Origin: an uncultured Clostridium sp.
Lineage (GTDB): Bacteria; Bacillota; Clostridia; TANB77; CAG-508
Length of the DNA: 37,212 nt
Direction of reading: 5' to 3'
Assembly: GCA_964634355.1 (NCBI GenBank)
Contig: CAZWIF010000003.1
Span: 3,871-41,082, forward strand
Shown: one piece after another, positions 27,798-37,067 of the stretch
Numbering within the stretch: the stretch's first letter is position 1
Layout: every line of letters starts with the position of its first letter
Notes under the pieces: model-generated
Told to the model about the DNA's origin: nothing
Database searches by the model: none
Seen by the model: the letters and a program-made list of their open reading frames with translations, nothing else
Position numbers and translations under genes: made by a program

Positions 27798-27928
27798 TTT
27801 TTATCACATTCCTTTCTAAAGGCACAAATGTAGTTGGAAAAGAATTAAATGTAATTATTTTTCAACCTTGTTCCTCCCGATAAAATTAATATAATATATT
27901 ATATTAATTTTTTTTATTTTAATTACAA

Positions 27929-27950
27929 TAGGGCACGGTAAACCGTGCCC
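27929..27950. repeat. Palindromic repeat family A
   Basis: tagggcacggtaaaccgtgccc after the glmU stop. Confidence 0.85.
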
Positions 27951-27960
27951 AAAAGATATA

Positions 27961-29229
27961 TTATTTATTCTTATTTTTATTCCATTCTTCTTTATTAATT
28001 TGTCTTTCTCTTGCTATTGACAAAGCTTCATCTGGTACATCTTTTGTTATTGTAGAGCCTGCTGCAACCAGAACCTCGTTTCCTATATTTACTGGAGCAA
28101 CTAGATTAACATTTGAACCTATAAAAGCTTTATCTCCAATTACAGTTTTATGTTTATTCTTTCCATCATAATTACATGTAATTGTTCCACAACCAATATT
28201 CGTTTTCTTTCCGATTTCACAATCTCCCATATAGCTTAAGTGAGGTACTTTAGTTCCAGCTCCAATTGTCGCCTTCTTTATTTCAACAAAGCTTCCAATT
28301 TTGACATTATTTGCAAGTTCACATCCTTCTCTTATATAAGCATTAGGACCAATCTCACAATTTTTTCCTATTTTTACCCCTGATTTAATCGTAGTGTTGG
28401 GATGAATTACTGTATCAGTTCCGATTTCAACATCATCATAAACATATGTAGAATTCATATCTTCTATTGTCACACCATTTTCCATCAATTCTGTATTAAT
28501 TCTAAGTTTTAAAACTTGTGTTACTAATTCTAATTGAACTCTATCATTAACTCCTAATATTTCTGTATTATCCTCTACAATGACTGCACCAGTCTTTAAT
28601 CCTTTTTCATTCATTATTCTTACAACATCTGTTAAATAGTATTCTCCTTGTGCATTATTAGGCTTTAATTTTTCTAATGCTAATATTAATTCCTCAATAT
28701 CAAAACAATAAATTCCTGCATTTATTTCATTTATAAATTTTTCTTCTTCATTTGCATCTTTTTCTTCTACAATTGCCTTTATATTTCCTCCAATGTCTCT
28801 TATTATTCTTCCATAACCTGTCGGATTCTCATAAATTGCAGTTAAAATTGTTGCAAATTCTTTATCTTTTATACTCTTATCTATCAAATTTCTTAAAGTT
28901 GAAGGTCTCATGATAGGAACATCTCCATTTAACACAACTACTTTACCTTTTCTCTCTTTTAGATAAGGCAATGCTCTTTTTACAGTATCTCCTGTACCCA
29001 ATAATTCGTCTTGATATGCATATTTAACAGTATCACCTAGAACTTCTTCTACTTGTTCTCTTTTATGCCCAACAACAGTTATAATTTCATTTACCCCAGC
29101 TGCCCTTGCTGTTTCAGCTACTCTTTTAACCATTTCTTTACCATATATCTTATGTACGCACTTAGCCTTCTCCGTCTTCATTCTAGTTCCTTTTCCTGCT
29201 GCCATAATTATTCCAATTATTTCCTCCAT
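27961..29229 (-). CDS. glmU: Bifunctional UDP-GlcNAc pyrophosphorylase / GlcN-1-P acetyltransferase
   Basis: MAAGKGTRMK, LGTG, GDVP, GYGRI, EYYLTD, HLSYMGD, NYDGKNK, hexapeptide repeats. Confidence 0.96.
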   Translation of the reverse strand: MEEIIGIIMAAGKGTRMKTEKAKCVHKIYGKEMVKRVAETARAAGVNEIITVVGHKREQVEEVLGDTVKYAYQDELLGTGDTVKRALPYLKERKGKVVVLNGDVPIMRPSTLRNLIDKSIKDKEFATILTAIYENPTGYGRIIRDIGGNIKAIVEEKDANEEEKFINEINAGIYCFDIEELILALEKLKPNNAQGEYYLTDVVRIMNEKGLKTGAVIVEDNTEILGVNDRVQLELVTQVLKLRINTELMENGVTIEDMNSTYVYDDVEIGTDTVIHPNTTIKSGVKIGKNCEIGPNAYIREGCELANNVKIGSFVEIKKATIGAGTKVPHLSYMGDCEIGKKTNIGCGTITCNYDGKNKHKTVIGDKAFIGSNVNLVAPVNIGNEVLVAAGSTITKDVPDEALSIARERQINKEEWNKNKNK

Positions 29230-29351
29230 ATTACTATCATTCCTTTCTTTAGGTACAAATTTTTACTCTTTCCTTTCAAAGTTACGTATACTTTTATTAC
29301 GCAACCTACTATAACATATATTATAATTTTTTTCAAATATTACTGTTATTT

Positions 29352-30743
29352 TTATATTATTTCCCCCTGTAAATACCACAATCCGTTCCTAACAACCTTA
29401 ACATTAATTATTTTTCCAATTAAATCTTTGCTTCCTTCAAAAATAACTACCTTATTAGAATCGGTCCTTCCTGTTAACTTTTCATCATTAGTTTTGCTAG
29501 TTCCCTCTACCAAAACCTTTTGGACTGTTCCAATATACTTATCATTATTCTCACTTGTTTGCTCTTCTACCAAAGCCTTTAATCTATCAAATCTTTTATG
29601 TTTTATATCTTCTGGCACTTGATTTTCCATTTTATCACCTGGAGTTCCTACCCTTCTAGAATATATAAACATATATACCTGCTCATACTTTATTTGTCTT
29701 ACGACATCTAATGTATCTTCAAAATCTTCCTCTGTTTCTCCAGGAAATCCAACTATTATATCAGTTGAAAATACTACTTCTGGTATTTCCTTTTTTATTT
29801 TCTTTGCTAATTCTAAATATTGTTCTTTAGAATATTTTCTGTTCATAATCTTTAACACCTTTGTACTTCCTGATTGTAATGGCAAATGTATTATTTTGCA
29901 AACTTTTTCACATTCTTTAATTGCCTTTATTACATCATCTGTAAAATCCTTTGGATGAGGTGAAACAAATCTTATTCGATTTATTCCATCAATTTTATTA
30001 ACATCTCTTAATAAATTTGCAAAATTATAGTTTTCTCCTCCATCATATGAATTTACATTTTGTCCTAATAAAGTAATCTCTTTATATCCATGATTTGCAA
30101 GGTTTTTAACTTCTTCAATTATATTATCAGGTCTTCTACTTCTTTCTCTTCCTCTAACATATGGCACTATGCAATAACTACAGAAATTATTGCAACCATA
30201 CATTATCGTTACAGAAGCCTTTAAATCATCGTTTCTCTTAATCGGTATATCTTCATATACTCTTCCATCTACATCAATGATATCTTCAATTCTTCTTTTT
30301 TCATTCAATGCATTATATAAATCCTCTGGAAATTTGTGCAAAGTATGGGTTCCAAATATAATATCAAAATAAGGGTAACTCTTCCTAAGTTTATCTTGTA
30401 TATGCTTTTCTTGCATCATACATCCCCCAATAGCAATAATAATCCCCTTTTCCTCTTTTACCTTTTTTAATTCTCCTAATTTTCCAAAAAGCTTATCCTC
30501 TGCATTCTCTCTAACACAGCAAGTATTCATAACTACTAAATCCGATTGTTTTGCATCTTCAATTTTTGTATACCCCATTTTTTCAATCATACCACAAAGC
30601 TTTTCGGAATCATTTTCATTTAATTGACATCCCATAGTTAAAATACTATATCTCAACTTTTTTCCTTCATTTACTTTACGTGTTTTTTCAATATATTCTC
30701 TCTGTATTTCTATTTCTTCGTTACTATCCACCTTAAATTCCAT
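29352..30743 (-). CDS. miaB: tRNA (i6A37-C2) methylthiotransferase MiaB
   Basis: GCQLNENDSE, NTCCVRENAE, GCNNFCSYCIVPYVRG, SPHP, TDIIVGFPGET, TRAM domain. Confidence 0.95.
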   Translation of the reverse strand: MEFKVDSNEEIEIQREYIEKTRKVNEGKKLRYSILTMGCQLNENDSEKLCGMIEKMGYTKIEDAKQSDLVVMNTCCVRENAEDKLFGKLGELKKVKEEKGIIIAIGGCMMQEKHIQDKLRKSYPYFDIIFGTHTLHKFPEDLYNALNEKRRIEDIIDVDGRVYEDIPIKRNDDLKASVTIMYGCNNFCSYCIVPYVRGRERSRRPDNIIEEVKNLANHGYKEITLLGQNVNSYDGGENYNFANLLRDVNKIDGINRIRFVSPHPKDFTDDVIKAIKECEKVCKIIHLPLQSGSTKVLKIMNRKYSKEQYLELAKKIKKEIPEVVFSTDIIVGFPGETEEDFEDTLDVVRQIKYEQVYMFIYSRRVGTPGDKMENQVPEDIKHKRFDRLKALVEEQTSENNDKYIGTVQKVLVEGTSKTNDEKLTGRTDSNKVVIFEGSKDLIGKIINVKVVRNGLWYLQGEII

Positions 30744-30773
30744 TCCTTTCTAGTGTATATGCATAGAATTTTA

Positions 30774-31262
30774 TCATATATTGTAAAATTTTTCAATATA
30801 TCTTGGTCTCATAGGCGGTCTCCCTATCCCTGGTCTTCTACGTCTTCTTAACAATTCCCTTATTATCAATATTTTTATCAAATCTCTTAATTGGAAATTT
30901 TGTTGTCTTGTCTCCTCTAATTTATTTGTATTCGCTGTACCTGCTATTCTTGCTCCATTACTAGTATTTGTACTTAACTTTCCTTGTCTTGTTTCTTCCC
31001 CCTCCATAGCTAGATATACTTCATTTGTCATACTATCAATGGTTTCCTCATTTATTATACTTGTTGTCTTCATACATACCTTCTGTACCATTGGATATAT
31101 CATTCTGTATATATCGGGATAAAAGCTTTCTAAATCAATGTCTTCATAATTATCTACTTGTGACATCTCATACATAGAATCTGGCATCTGATATGTATTT
31201 TTCGGCCTTAAGCTATATCCTAATACATTTTGCATATATTCCTCATAATTCGAATTATACAT
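30774..31262 (-). CDS. Hypothetical protein, possibly spore-coat associated
   Basis: SD AGGAGGA before ATG 31262; YPDIYRMIYPMV..VC and LRDLIKILIIRELL motifs, Arg/Pro-rich tail; functional guess is inference. Confidence 0.65.
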   Translation of the reverse strand: MYNSNYEEYMQNVLGYSLRPKNTYQMPDSMYEMSQVDNYEDIDLESFYPDIYRMIYPMVQKVCMKTTSIINEETIDSMTNEVYLAMEGEETRQGKLSTNTSNGARIAGTANTNKLEETRQQNFQLRDLIKILIIRELLRRRRRPGIGRPPMRPRYIEKFYNI

Positions 31263-31363
31263 AAAAATATTATTCCTCCTTTTCATATAATACAATTCAC
31301 AGCATTAAAATAAATATTGTAATTTTGTATATTGTATTCTTATTATAAATAAACTGTGCATAT

Positions 31364-31392
31364 TTGATTTAATAATTTTTTTATGATATAAT
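31364..31392 (+). promoter_or_regulatory. Strong sigma-A promoter of the 31461 orphan gene
   Basis: TTGATT-17 nt-TATAAT with extended TG; SD AAAGGAGG at 31445-31452. Confidence 0.65.
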
Positions 31393-31460
31393 ATATAAGC
31401 TCATAATATACTCAAGTAGTATAAGCTTATTGTTGTCATGATACAAAGGAGGTATCACTA

Positions 31461-31880
31461 ATGACAAGTGAGGCAATGGATTTTATCGAAAATTTCCAAG
31501 AGGAACTAGTTCTTCCTGTTATCGAATTTCTCACTTACCCCCGGAAGTATAAACCGTGGTTGAGCACCCCATTTGGTGCTCAGTTCGAACAGGTAATTTG
31601 CAGCTTGGAAGTATTCCCTATTGCAAACGGCTTCAGCATTAAGTTTGTTTGCTGTGGCAAAGTAATTGATGCTGTGCATAATTCAAAAGTTCCCGCATGT
31701 GATGCTGAATATGCATTATTTATATTGTTCAACATGTTCGAGCTTTATTTTGTAGGGCATTATTCATTCCTGTGTAAACATGAACTGAGATGCCTCGGGA
31801 ATGGAGTGTTAGCCTTATTACAAATGGTTTCCCCTGAAAAATATGGGGAATTCCACGGGATGGCTAATCATTTCTTTTGA
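31461..31880 (+). CDS. Orphan hypothetical protein (139 aa), atypical composition
   Basis: Own promoter, perfect SD and terminator; GC-richer codons than neighbours; no recognised family. Confidence 0.65.
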   Translation: MTSEAMDFIENFQEELVLPVIEFLTYPRKYKPWLSTPFGAQFEQVICSLEVFPIANGFSIKFVCCGKVIDAVHNSKVPACDAEYALFILFNMFELYFVGHYSFLCKHELRCLGNGVLALLQMVSPEKYGEFHGMANHFF

Positions 31881-31881
31881 C

Positions 31882-31913
31882 AAAACGGTCGCACCTAAGT
31901 GCGACCGTTTTTG
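31882..31913. terminator. Bidirectional terminator between the orphan gene and murD
   Basis: aaaacggtcgcac-ctaa-gtgcgaccgtttt. Confidence 0.9.
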
Positions 31914-31914
31914 T

Positions 31915-33327
31915 TTATATCTTATTAACTAATTCCTTAAACTTTTCTCCGCGTTCTTCGAAGTTTTTAAATAAATCAAAACTTGCACTAGCAGGAGAAA
32001 ATAATACTATCTGTCCTTTTTTTGCCACTTTATTTGCAATTCTTACAGTGTCTTGTAAAGTTTCACACATATATGTCACTATCTTCTTGTTTTGAAAATC
32101 TTCTTCTTCTTTTACTGCATAGAATATTTTTTCAGCTGTCTGCCCCATTAATATTAAAGTTTTAACCTTATCCAATATAGGCTTTGCAAGTGGTGTATAA
32201 TCTAAATGCTTATCATATCCCCCAGCAATTAAAACAATGTCCTCATCAAAGGCATTGAGTCCTGCCATAGTTCTTGTTGGACTTGTTCCAATTGAATCAT
32301 TATACCACTTTACTCCATTAATTTCTCTTACAAATTCTAGTCTATGTTCTACACCATCGAACTCTGAAATAGCTTTAATTTGTGTATCTACATCTACTAA
32401 ATCCGCAGTTGCTGCAATGGCTGCACAAATATTTTCATAATTATGTTTTCCTCTTAACTTTATATTTTTTGTATCTAAAATATGTCTTCTTATCCTATCT
32501 TTGCATTCTTTTATTATACCATCATCTAAAATAACACCATCTGCTAATTTCTCTTTACTGCTGAAAAACTTAATCTTTCCCCTAGCTTCTTTTGCTATTT
32601 TTTTTGTAATCTCATTATCATAATTTAATATAACTTTTCCCTCTTTATCTTGATATCTAAAAATATTTTTCTTTGCTTCAATATATTCTTCATAATCTTT
32701 ATGTATATTTAGATGATTTGGAGAAATATTAGTAATTACAGATACCTGTGGGCTAACCTCCATTCCCATTAACTGAAAACTACTCATTTCAAGCACTACT
32801 ATATCCTCTGGTTTCATTTCTTCTATTTTAGTAAATAGTGGAGTTCCTATATTTCCTCCTAAAAAGCATTTGTATCCTTTTGCTTTCAATATTTCATATA
32901 TTAGACTTGTTGTAGTTGTTTTTCCATCACTTCCAGTAACACCAATTATTGTTGAAGGACTCATTTGTAATACCATTTCTATTTCAGATGTAAGAATTGC
33001 TCCTCTTTCTACTTCTTGTTGTAATTCTGGAAGAGTTGGCAGGCAACTTGGAGCTCTAAAAATAATATCAAAACCCTTTAATTTCTTTAAATTATCTTTT
33101 CCAAAATTAAAATCAATATTATATTTATTTATTTTTTCCAATGCCTCTTTAGGTATTTTAGAAATTTCCCTATCGTCAAAGACAGTAACTTTAGCTCCTT
33201 TATCATACATATAGTCCAACAAAGGGATATTGCTCACTCCAAGTCCTATTATAGCAACTTTTCTATTTTTTAAATAATTATTAAACTCTTCTAATCTATC
33301 ATTTTTATATGACATTACTAAAATCAT
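31915..33327 (-). CDS. murD: UDP-MurNAc-L-Ala--D-glutamate ligase
   Basis: GLGVSN, GVTGSDGKTTT, GGNIG, LEMSSFQL, GVEHRLE, YNDSIGT, AGGYDK, SPASASFDLFKNFEERG; start may be 33315. Confidence 0.95.
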   Translation of the reverse strand: MILVMSYKNDRLEEFNNYLKNRKVAIIGLGVSNIPLLDYMYDKGAKVTVFDDREISKIPKEALEKINKYNIDFNFGKDNLKKLKGFDIIFRAPSCLPTLPELQQEVERGAILTSEIEMVLQMSPSTIIGVTGSDGKTTTTSLIYEILKAKGYKCFLGGNIGTPLFTKIEEMKPEDIVVLEMSSFQLMGMEVSPQVSVITNISPNHLNIHKDYEEYIEAKKNIFRYQDKEGKVILNYDNEITKKIAKEARGKIKFFSSKEKLADGVILDDGIIKECKDRIRRHILDTKNIKLRGKHNYENICAAIAATADLVDVDTQIKAISEFDGVEHRLEFVREINGVKWYNDSIGTSPTRTMAGLNAFDEDIVLIAGGYDKHLDYTPLAKPILDKVKTLILMGQTAEKIFYAVKEEEDFQNKKIVTYMCETLQDTVRIANKVAKKGQIVLFSPASASFDLFKNFEERGEKFKELVNKI

Positions 33328-33383
33328 TCCTCCCTAATGTACAAATCATATTTAAAAATAATAATTTTTGGTTTTTCCTCTAT

Positions 33384-36300
33384 TTACCTATTTGAAGACC
33401 AAATAGCATATAATGTTACATTTTTATTAGGCATCACGAAAGTAGATCCAGGTCTATACGTTGGGGTTGCAGAACTCTCGTCTTCTGACCATCCAAGTAA
33501 AGTATATCCATCTCTAGTTGGAGAAGTTGATACAGTCACAGTCTCTCCATATGCATATTTTTCATCTGTTGGCAAATTATACACTTTATTTTCTTTGCCC
33601 CAACCTTCATATGCTAATTCAACTAGCTTATACATTAATTCTTCACTTATTCTTTTTCCTGGTGCTTGAGAATGTATCCAGTTAGCTCCTTTATATTTAC
33701 AAAATCCAATTATATCTCCCGTAGATATTTCTTCTTTACTAGAAGTATAATAATATTTCCCTGTAAATAATACTTTCGTACTTGCATTAAATTGTACACA
33801 AGTACCATAGTCTGAATGCACTAAATTTAAAACTGTTTGGTCACTTCCTATTCTTGAATTACCCACAGTAGTTTCTGTTACAGATGTTGTCGTTGCTCCG
33901 CTAACCTCTGTGTAACTCGAAATAAAAGGAATCATATTACTTGTTTCATCATCTCCAATAGTAATTAGATTTGTCGCAGCCGCTATTTCTATTATTTGGC
34001 TAGCAGTACCTCCAAATGTACTAATTTCATTATAACTAGCATCAATTACAATTACATCATAATCATTTTTCAATGCTACTATTTCATTAAACTTTCCTTT
34101 ATAAATTGTCATCAATGTGGCACTATATCCATCAATACTATTTAAATAATTCACCTTTTCTTCATCACTAGTACTTCTCCAACTACTATATACTGCATAT
34201 AATACCTTAACATTTTCTTTATATTCCACAGTATGTGCCCTTCCCCATATCACGAATAATGTCACATCATCATTCGGCATCACAAAGGTGTCACCCGGTT
34301 TATATGTTGGTGTAGATGCTGTTCTATCTTCAGACCACCCTAGTAAGGTATAACCTTCTCTAGTTGGGGTATCTGACACAGTCACGGTTTCTCCATAAGT
34401 ATATAATTCATTTTCTGGCATATTTTTTACTTTGTTTTCTTCATCCCAACCCTCATATGCTAATTCAACTAGCTTATACATTAAATCACCACTGATATGG
34501 TAACCAGGAATCTGTGAATGAATCCAATTACATTCATTATACTTATAATATCCTATTGCATCCCTTAAATACGCTGCGCCAGCCGTCGTCTCATAGCTTA
34601 CTGTATATAAAACATGAGTATCCGAACTAAATTTTATCATAGAAGCAAGAACACCCGAACTCGAAGATCCTGAACGTGATATCTTAGGTATCGAGTACGC
34701 TCCTCCTAGCCTTTCCTGTCCCTCGCTCGTTTCCGTCACCGTCTCAGTTAGGCTCACTGTAAGTGTTTCATATGTCTCAACAAAAGGCACATTTTCACCC
34801 GTCTCATCATCTCCTATAGTAATTAAATTCGTTGTAGCCACAAGTTCTTCCAGTTGTTCTTTTGTGGCACCTGCTCCATAGTTAAGAGTTCCTCCATGGC
34901 CACTCGAACCACCTATAGATCTATATTCACTATCCAAGATAATTACATCATAGTCATACCTTAAAGCAAAGATATCATCAAATTCACCACTGTAGAACAC
35001 CTCCAGTTTTGCGTAACATCCATCATTTTCATTCAAAACATCAACCTTACCTTGAGCCTTTGTAATGTGATTCGTCTCAGAGGTAGTTCCCACATCAGAA
35101 GGACAGATATATAGTGCATATAACACTTTAATGTTTTCTTCATATTCTACGGTATGTGCTCTTCCCCATACTGCATATAATGTAACATCCCTGTTTGGCA
35201 TTCTAAATGTATCTCCTGGTTCATAAGTTGCTTTTGTTGCGGTCTGTTGCTCAGACCATCCGAAAAATTTGTATCCTTCTTTCGTTGGAGTTTTCGTTGA
35301 AATTGTAACAAGCTCTGTGTAGTCATGAGATTCTTCCAATGGTACTGGCATATTATCTGCTTTATTCTCTCCATTCCAGCCTTCATATGCTATCTTAACA
35401 AGCGCATATAGCAATTCCTTATTGTTCCTACCCTTACCCATTTGGCAATGTATCCAATTATAGTCGTTATATTTATAAAGTCCAATTGCATCTCCAGTAT
35501 ATGTAGCTCCATCAACTGTGTATGTTGCCGTATATAATTTTTTCGTACTTGAATTAAACGAAGCCATATATAAGTTATTATCTGACTCTGAAGCAATCGT
35601 TATCTCTCCTATTTTTTCTTTTCCCACACTAGTTTCACTGAAACTAACATCTATAGAAGCAGTAGAACCAGTATTTAGAAGTGTAGATTTTGAAATAAAT
35701 GGAATCATAGTTGACCTCTCATCATTTCCAATAGTAATTATATTTGTTTCATTTGCTATGGTTTTTAATTGTTGTGCGGTTCCACCAGTATTAGATACCT
35801 GCCAGTTATAGCAGTCAATTATAATTACATCATACTCATCTCTTAGTTCAACTATTTCACCCATTTCTCCATTATGCAATGCCTTCACAGTTCCATAATA
35901 ACCACCTGTGCTATTTAAATAATTTACTGATGTTTGAGCCTTATTTATATAAGATGTTTCAGTACCAGTTCCTTTATAACTATCAGGAACGTATACTGCA
36001 TATAATATTTTAACATTTTCGTCATATGTTAATTTATATTCTTCCAAATCCCACATTGCATATAATGTTAAGTTGTCTGTTATTGTTATTGTACTTCCTG
36101 ATGAATACTGTGTTCCACTTCCATCCTTTTCTGTATTCCAGCCAATGAAATCTGCTCCGTCGGCTGACGGATTACTTCTACCTCCCCATATTATGTAGTT
36201 ACTACCTGGTTCTAAACTTTTATCATAAACTGGTAAAGCAGTACTGCTAATATTAGAATTATTCTTATATGCCACCATGTATGTTATCTTTGTCCATACA

Positions 36301-37067
36301 GCATATAATGTTATATCTTCATTTTTATTATATGATCCTCCCTCTAAATATTTTACCTCTCCATCTGGGCTTTCTGCCCAACCAGCAAATTCAACTGTTG
36401 AATCTGAATTAGTTGGTACATATTCTAATGTTAGAGTTACATTTTTATATTTTGTTTGTGTGTGCTTTACATTACCATCTACAATGTATTTTATAGTATA
36501 TGTTTCATCGCCAGCAGCTAAATTTCCATATGCAGAATTCGTAATTAATACTGCATGCGTACCAGATATTGTTGCTAACTCTGAGCTATTTAAATTATAT
36601 AAAAGTTTCTTAAATACTTGATATAAAGTTTCATTTATATTCTCTACACTTACTTTAAGATAATCCCCTTCAACTAACCTTATAGTTCCATCAGCAGAAT
36701 TATCAAATGCCTCTTCAATTTGTGTTGTATATTCTACATAATATACGTTTTCGCCTATTTTTACTGTATCAGTCACATCTGAGGAAGTTTTTTTCGCTGG
36801 ATTTTCGTCAAGGTGTTGTATTTCTATATTAAGGTCATAAGCATTTCCTGTCGCCTCAACTTCCTCCAGTAGTCCATTGTAATCTTGTTCTGTTATTATT
36901 CCAGTTTCCCTTGCTTGATCCGCAAAATCCGTTACTGCTGCTTGAACAATTTGAGCTGACGTCACATCATTTCTAGCTGCTACTGCTACAACTGGCACTG
37001 CAAAAATTAATATAGCTCCAATTATTATGACAATTATCGTTATAAACGCATTTGATACTTCTGTCAT
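33384..37067 (-). CDS. Large surface protein: N-terminal pilin-like helix/domain, InlB B-type (Listeria-Bacteroides) repeats and three copies of an inserted alpha/beta domain
   Basis: Hydrophobic N-terminal helix; five P...GY.F.GW...Y.PG...DVTLYA.W repeats; SD AGGAGTGA before ATG 37067 (ORF track uses GTG 37076). Confidence 0.8.
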   Translation of the reverse strand: MTEVSNAFITIIVIIIGAILIFAVPVVAVAARNDVTSAQIVQAAVTDFADQARETGIITEQDYNGLLEEVEATGNAYDLNIEIQHLDENPAKKTSSDVTDTVKIGENVYYVEYTTQIEEAFDNSADGTIRLVEGDYLKVSVENINETLYQVFKKLLYNLNSSELATISGTHAVLITNSAYGNLAAGDETYTIKYIVDGNVKHTQTKYKNVTLTLEYVPTNSDSTVEFAGWAESPDGEVKYLEGGSYNKNEDITLYAVWTKITYMVAYKNNSNISSTALPVYDKSLEPGSNYIIWGGRSNPSADGADFIGWNTEKDGSGTQYSSGSTITITDNLTLYAMWDLEEYKLTYDENVKILYAVYVPDSYKGTGTETSYINKAQTSVNYLNSTGGYYGTVKALHNGEMGEIVELRDEYDVIIIDCYNWQVSNTGGTAQQLKTIANETNIITIGNDERSTMIPFISKSTLLNTGSTASIDVSFSETSVGKEKIGEITIASESDNNLYMASFNSSTKKLYTATYTVDGATYTGDAIGLYKYNDYNWIHCQMGKGRNNKELLYALVKIAYEGWNGENKADNMPVPLEESHDYTELVTISTKTPTKEGYKFFGWSEQQTATKATYEPGDTFRMPNRDVTLYAVWGRAHTVEYEENIKVLYALYICPSDVGTTSETNHITKAQGKVDVLNENDGCYAKLEVFYSGEFDDIFALRYDYDVIILDSEYRSIGGSSGHGGTLNYGAGATKEQLEELVATTNLITIGDDETGENVPFVETYETLTVSLTETVTETSEGQERLGGAYSIPKISRSGSSSSGVLASMIKFSSDTHVLYTVSYETTAGAAYLRDAIGYYKYNECNWIHSQIPGYHISGDLMYKLVELAYEGWDEENKVKNMPENELYTYGETVTVSDTPTREGYTLLGWSEDRTASTPTYKPGDTFVMPNDDVTLFVIWGRAHTVEYKENVKVLYAVYSSWRSTSDEEKVNYLNSIDGYSATLMTIYKGKFNEIVALKNDYDVIVIDASYNEISTFGGTASQIIEIAAATNLITIGDDETSNMIPFISSYTEVSGATTTSVTETTVGNSRIGSDQTVLNLVHSDYGTCVQFNASTKVLFTGKYYYTSSKEEISTGDIIGFCKYKGANWIHSQAPGKRISEELMYKLVELAYEGWGKENKVYNLPTDEKYAYGETVTVSTSPTRDGYTLLGWSEDESSATPTYRPGSTFVMPNKNVTLYAIWSSNR
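33396..36044 (-). repeat. Three tandem ~0.85-0.92 kb intragenic repeat units
   Basis: Units 36044-35163, 35162-34242 and 34241-~33396; near-identical DNA at 33601-33638 and 34447-34484. Confidence 0.85.

Noticed and set aside
3413-27950. Palindromic repeats as a CRISPR array
   Set aside because: Copies are dispersed singly kilobases apart, with no regular spacers and no cas genes.
35147-35596. Alternate-frame minus-strand ORFs inside the large surface protein gene
   Set aside because: The main frame is uninterrupted and carries the repeat motifs; no sign of a frameshift.
788-36621. Numerous + strand ORFs in the track (e.g. 788-988, 2099-2458, 5631-6161, 17155-17604, 21936-22499, 29053-29622, 36277-36621)
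   Set aside because: Antisense shadows of well-supported minus-strand genes; Ser/Phe/Ile/Leu-rich, with no SD or family motifs.
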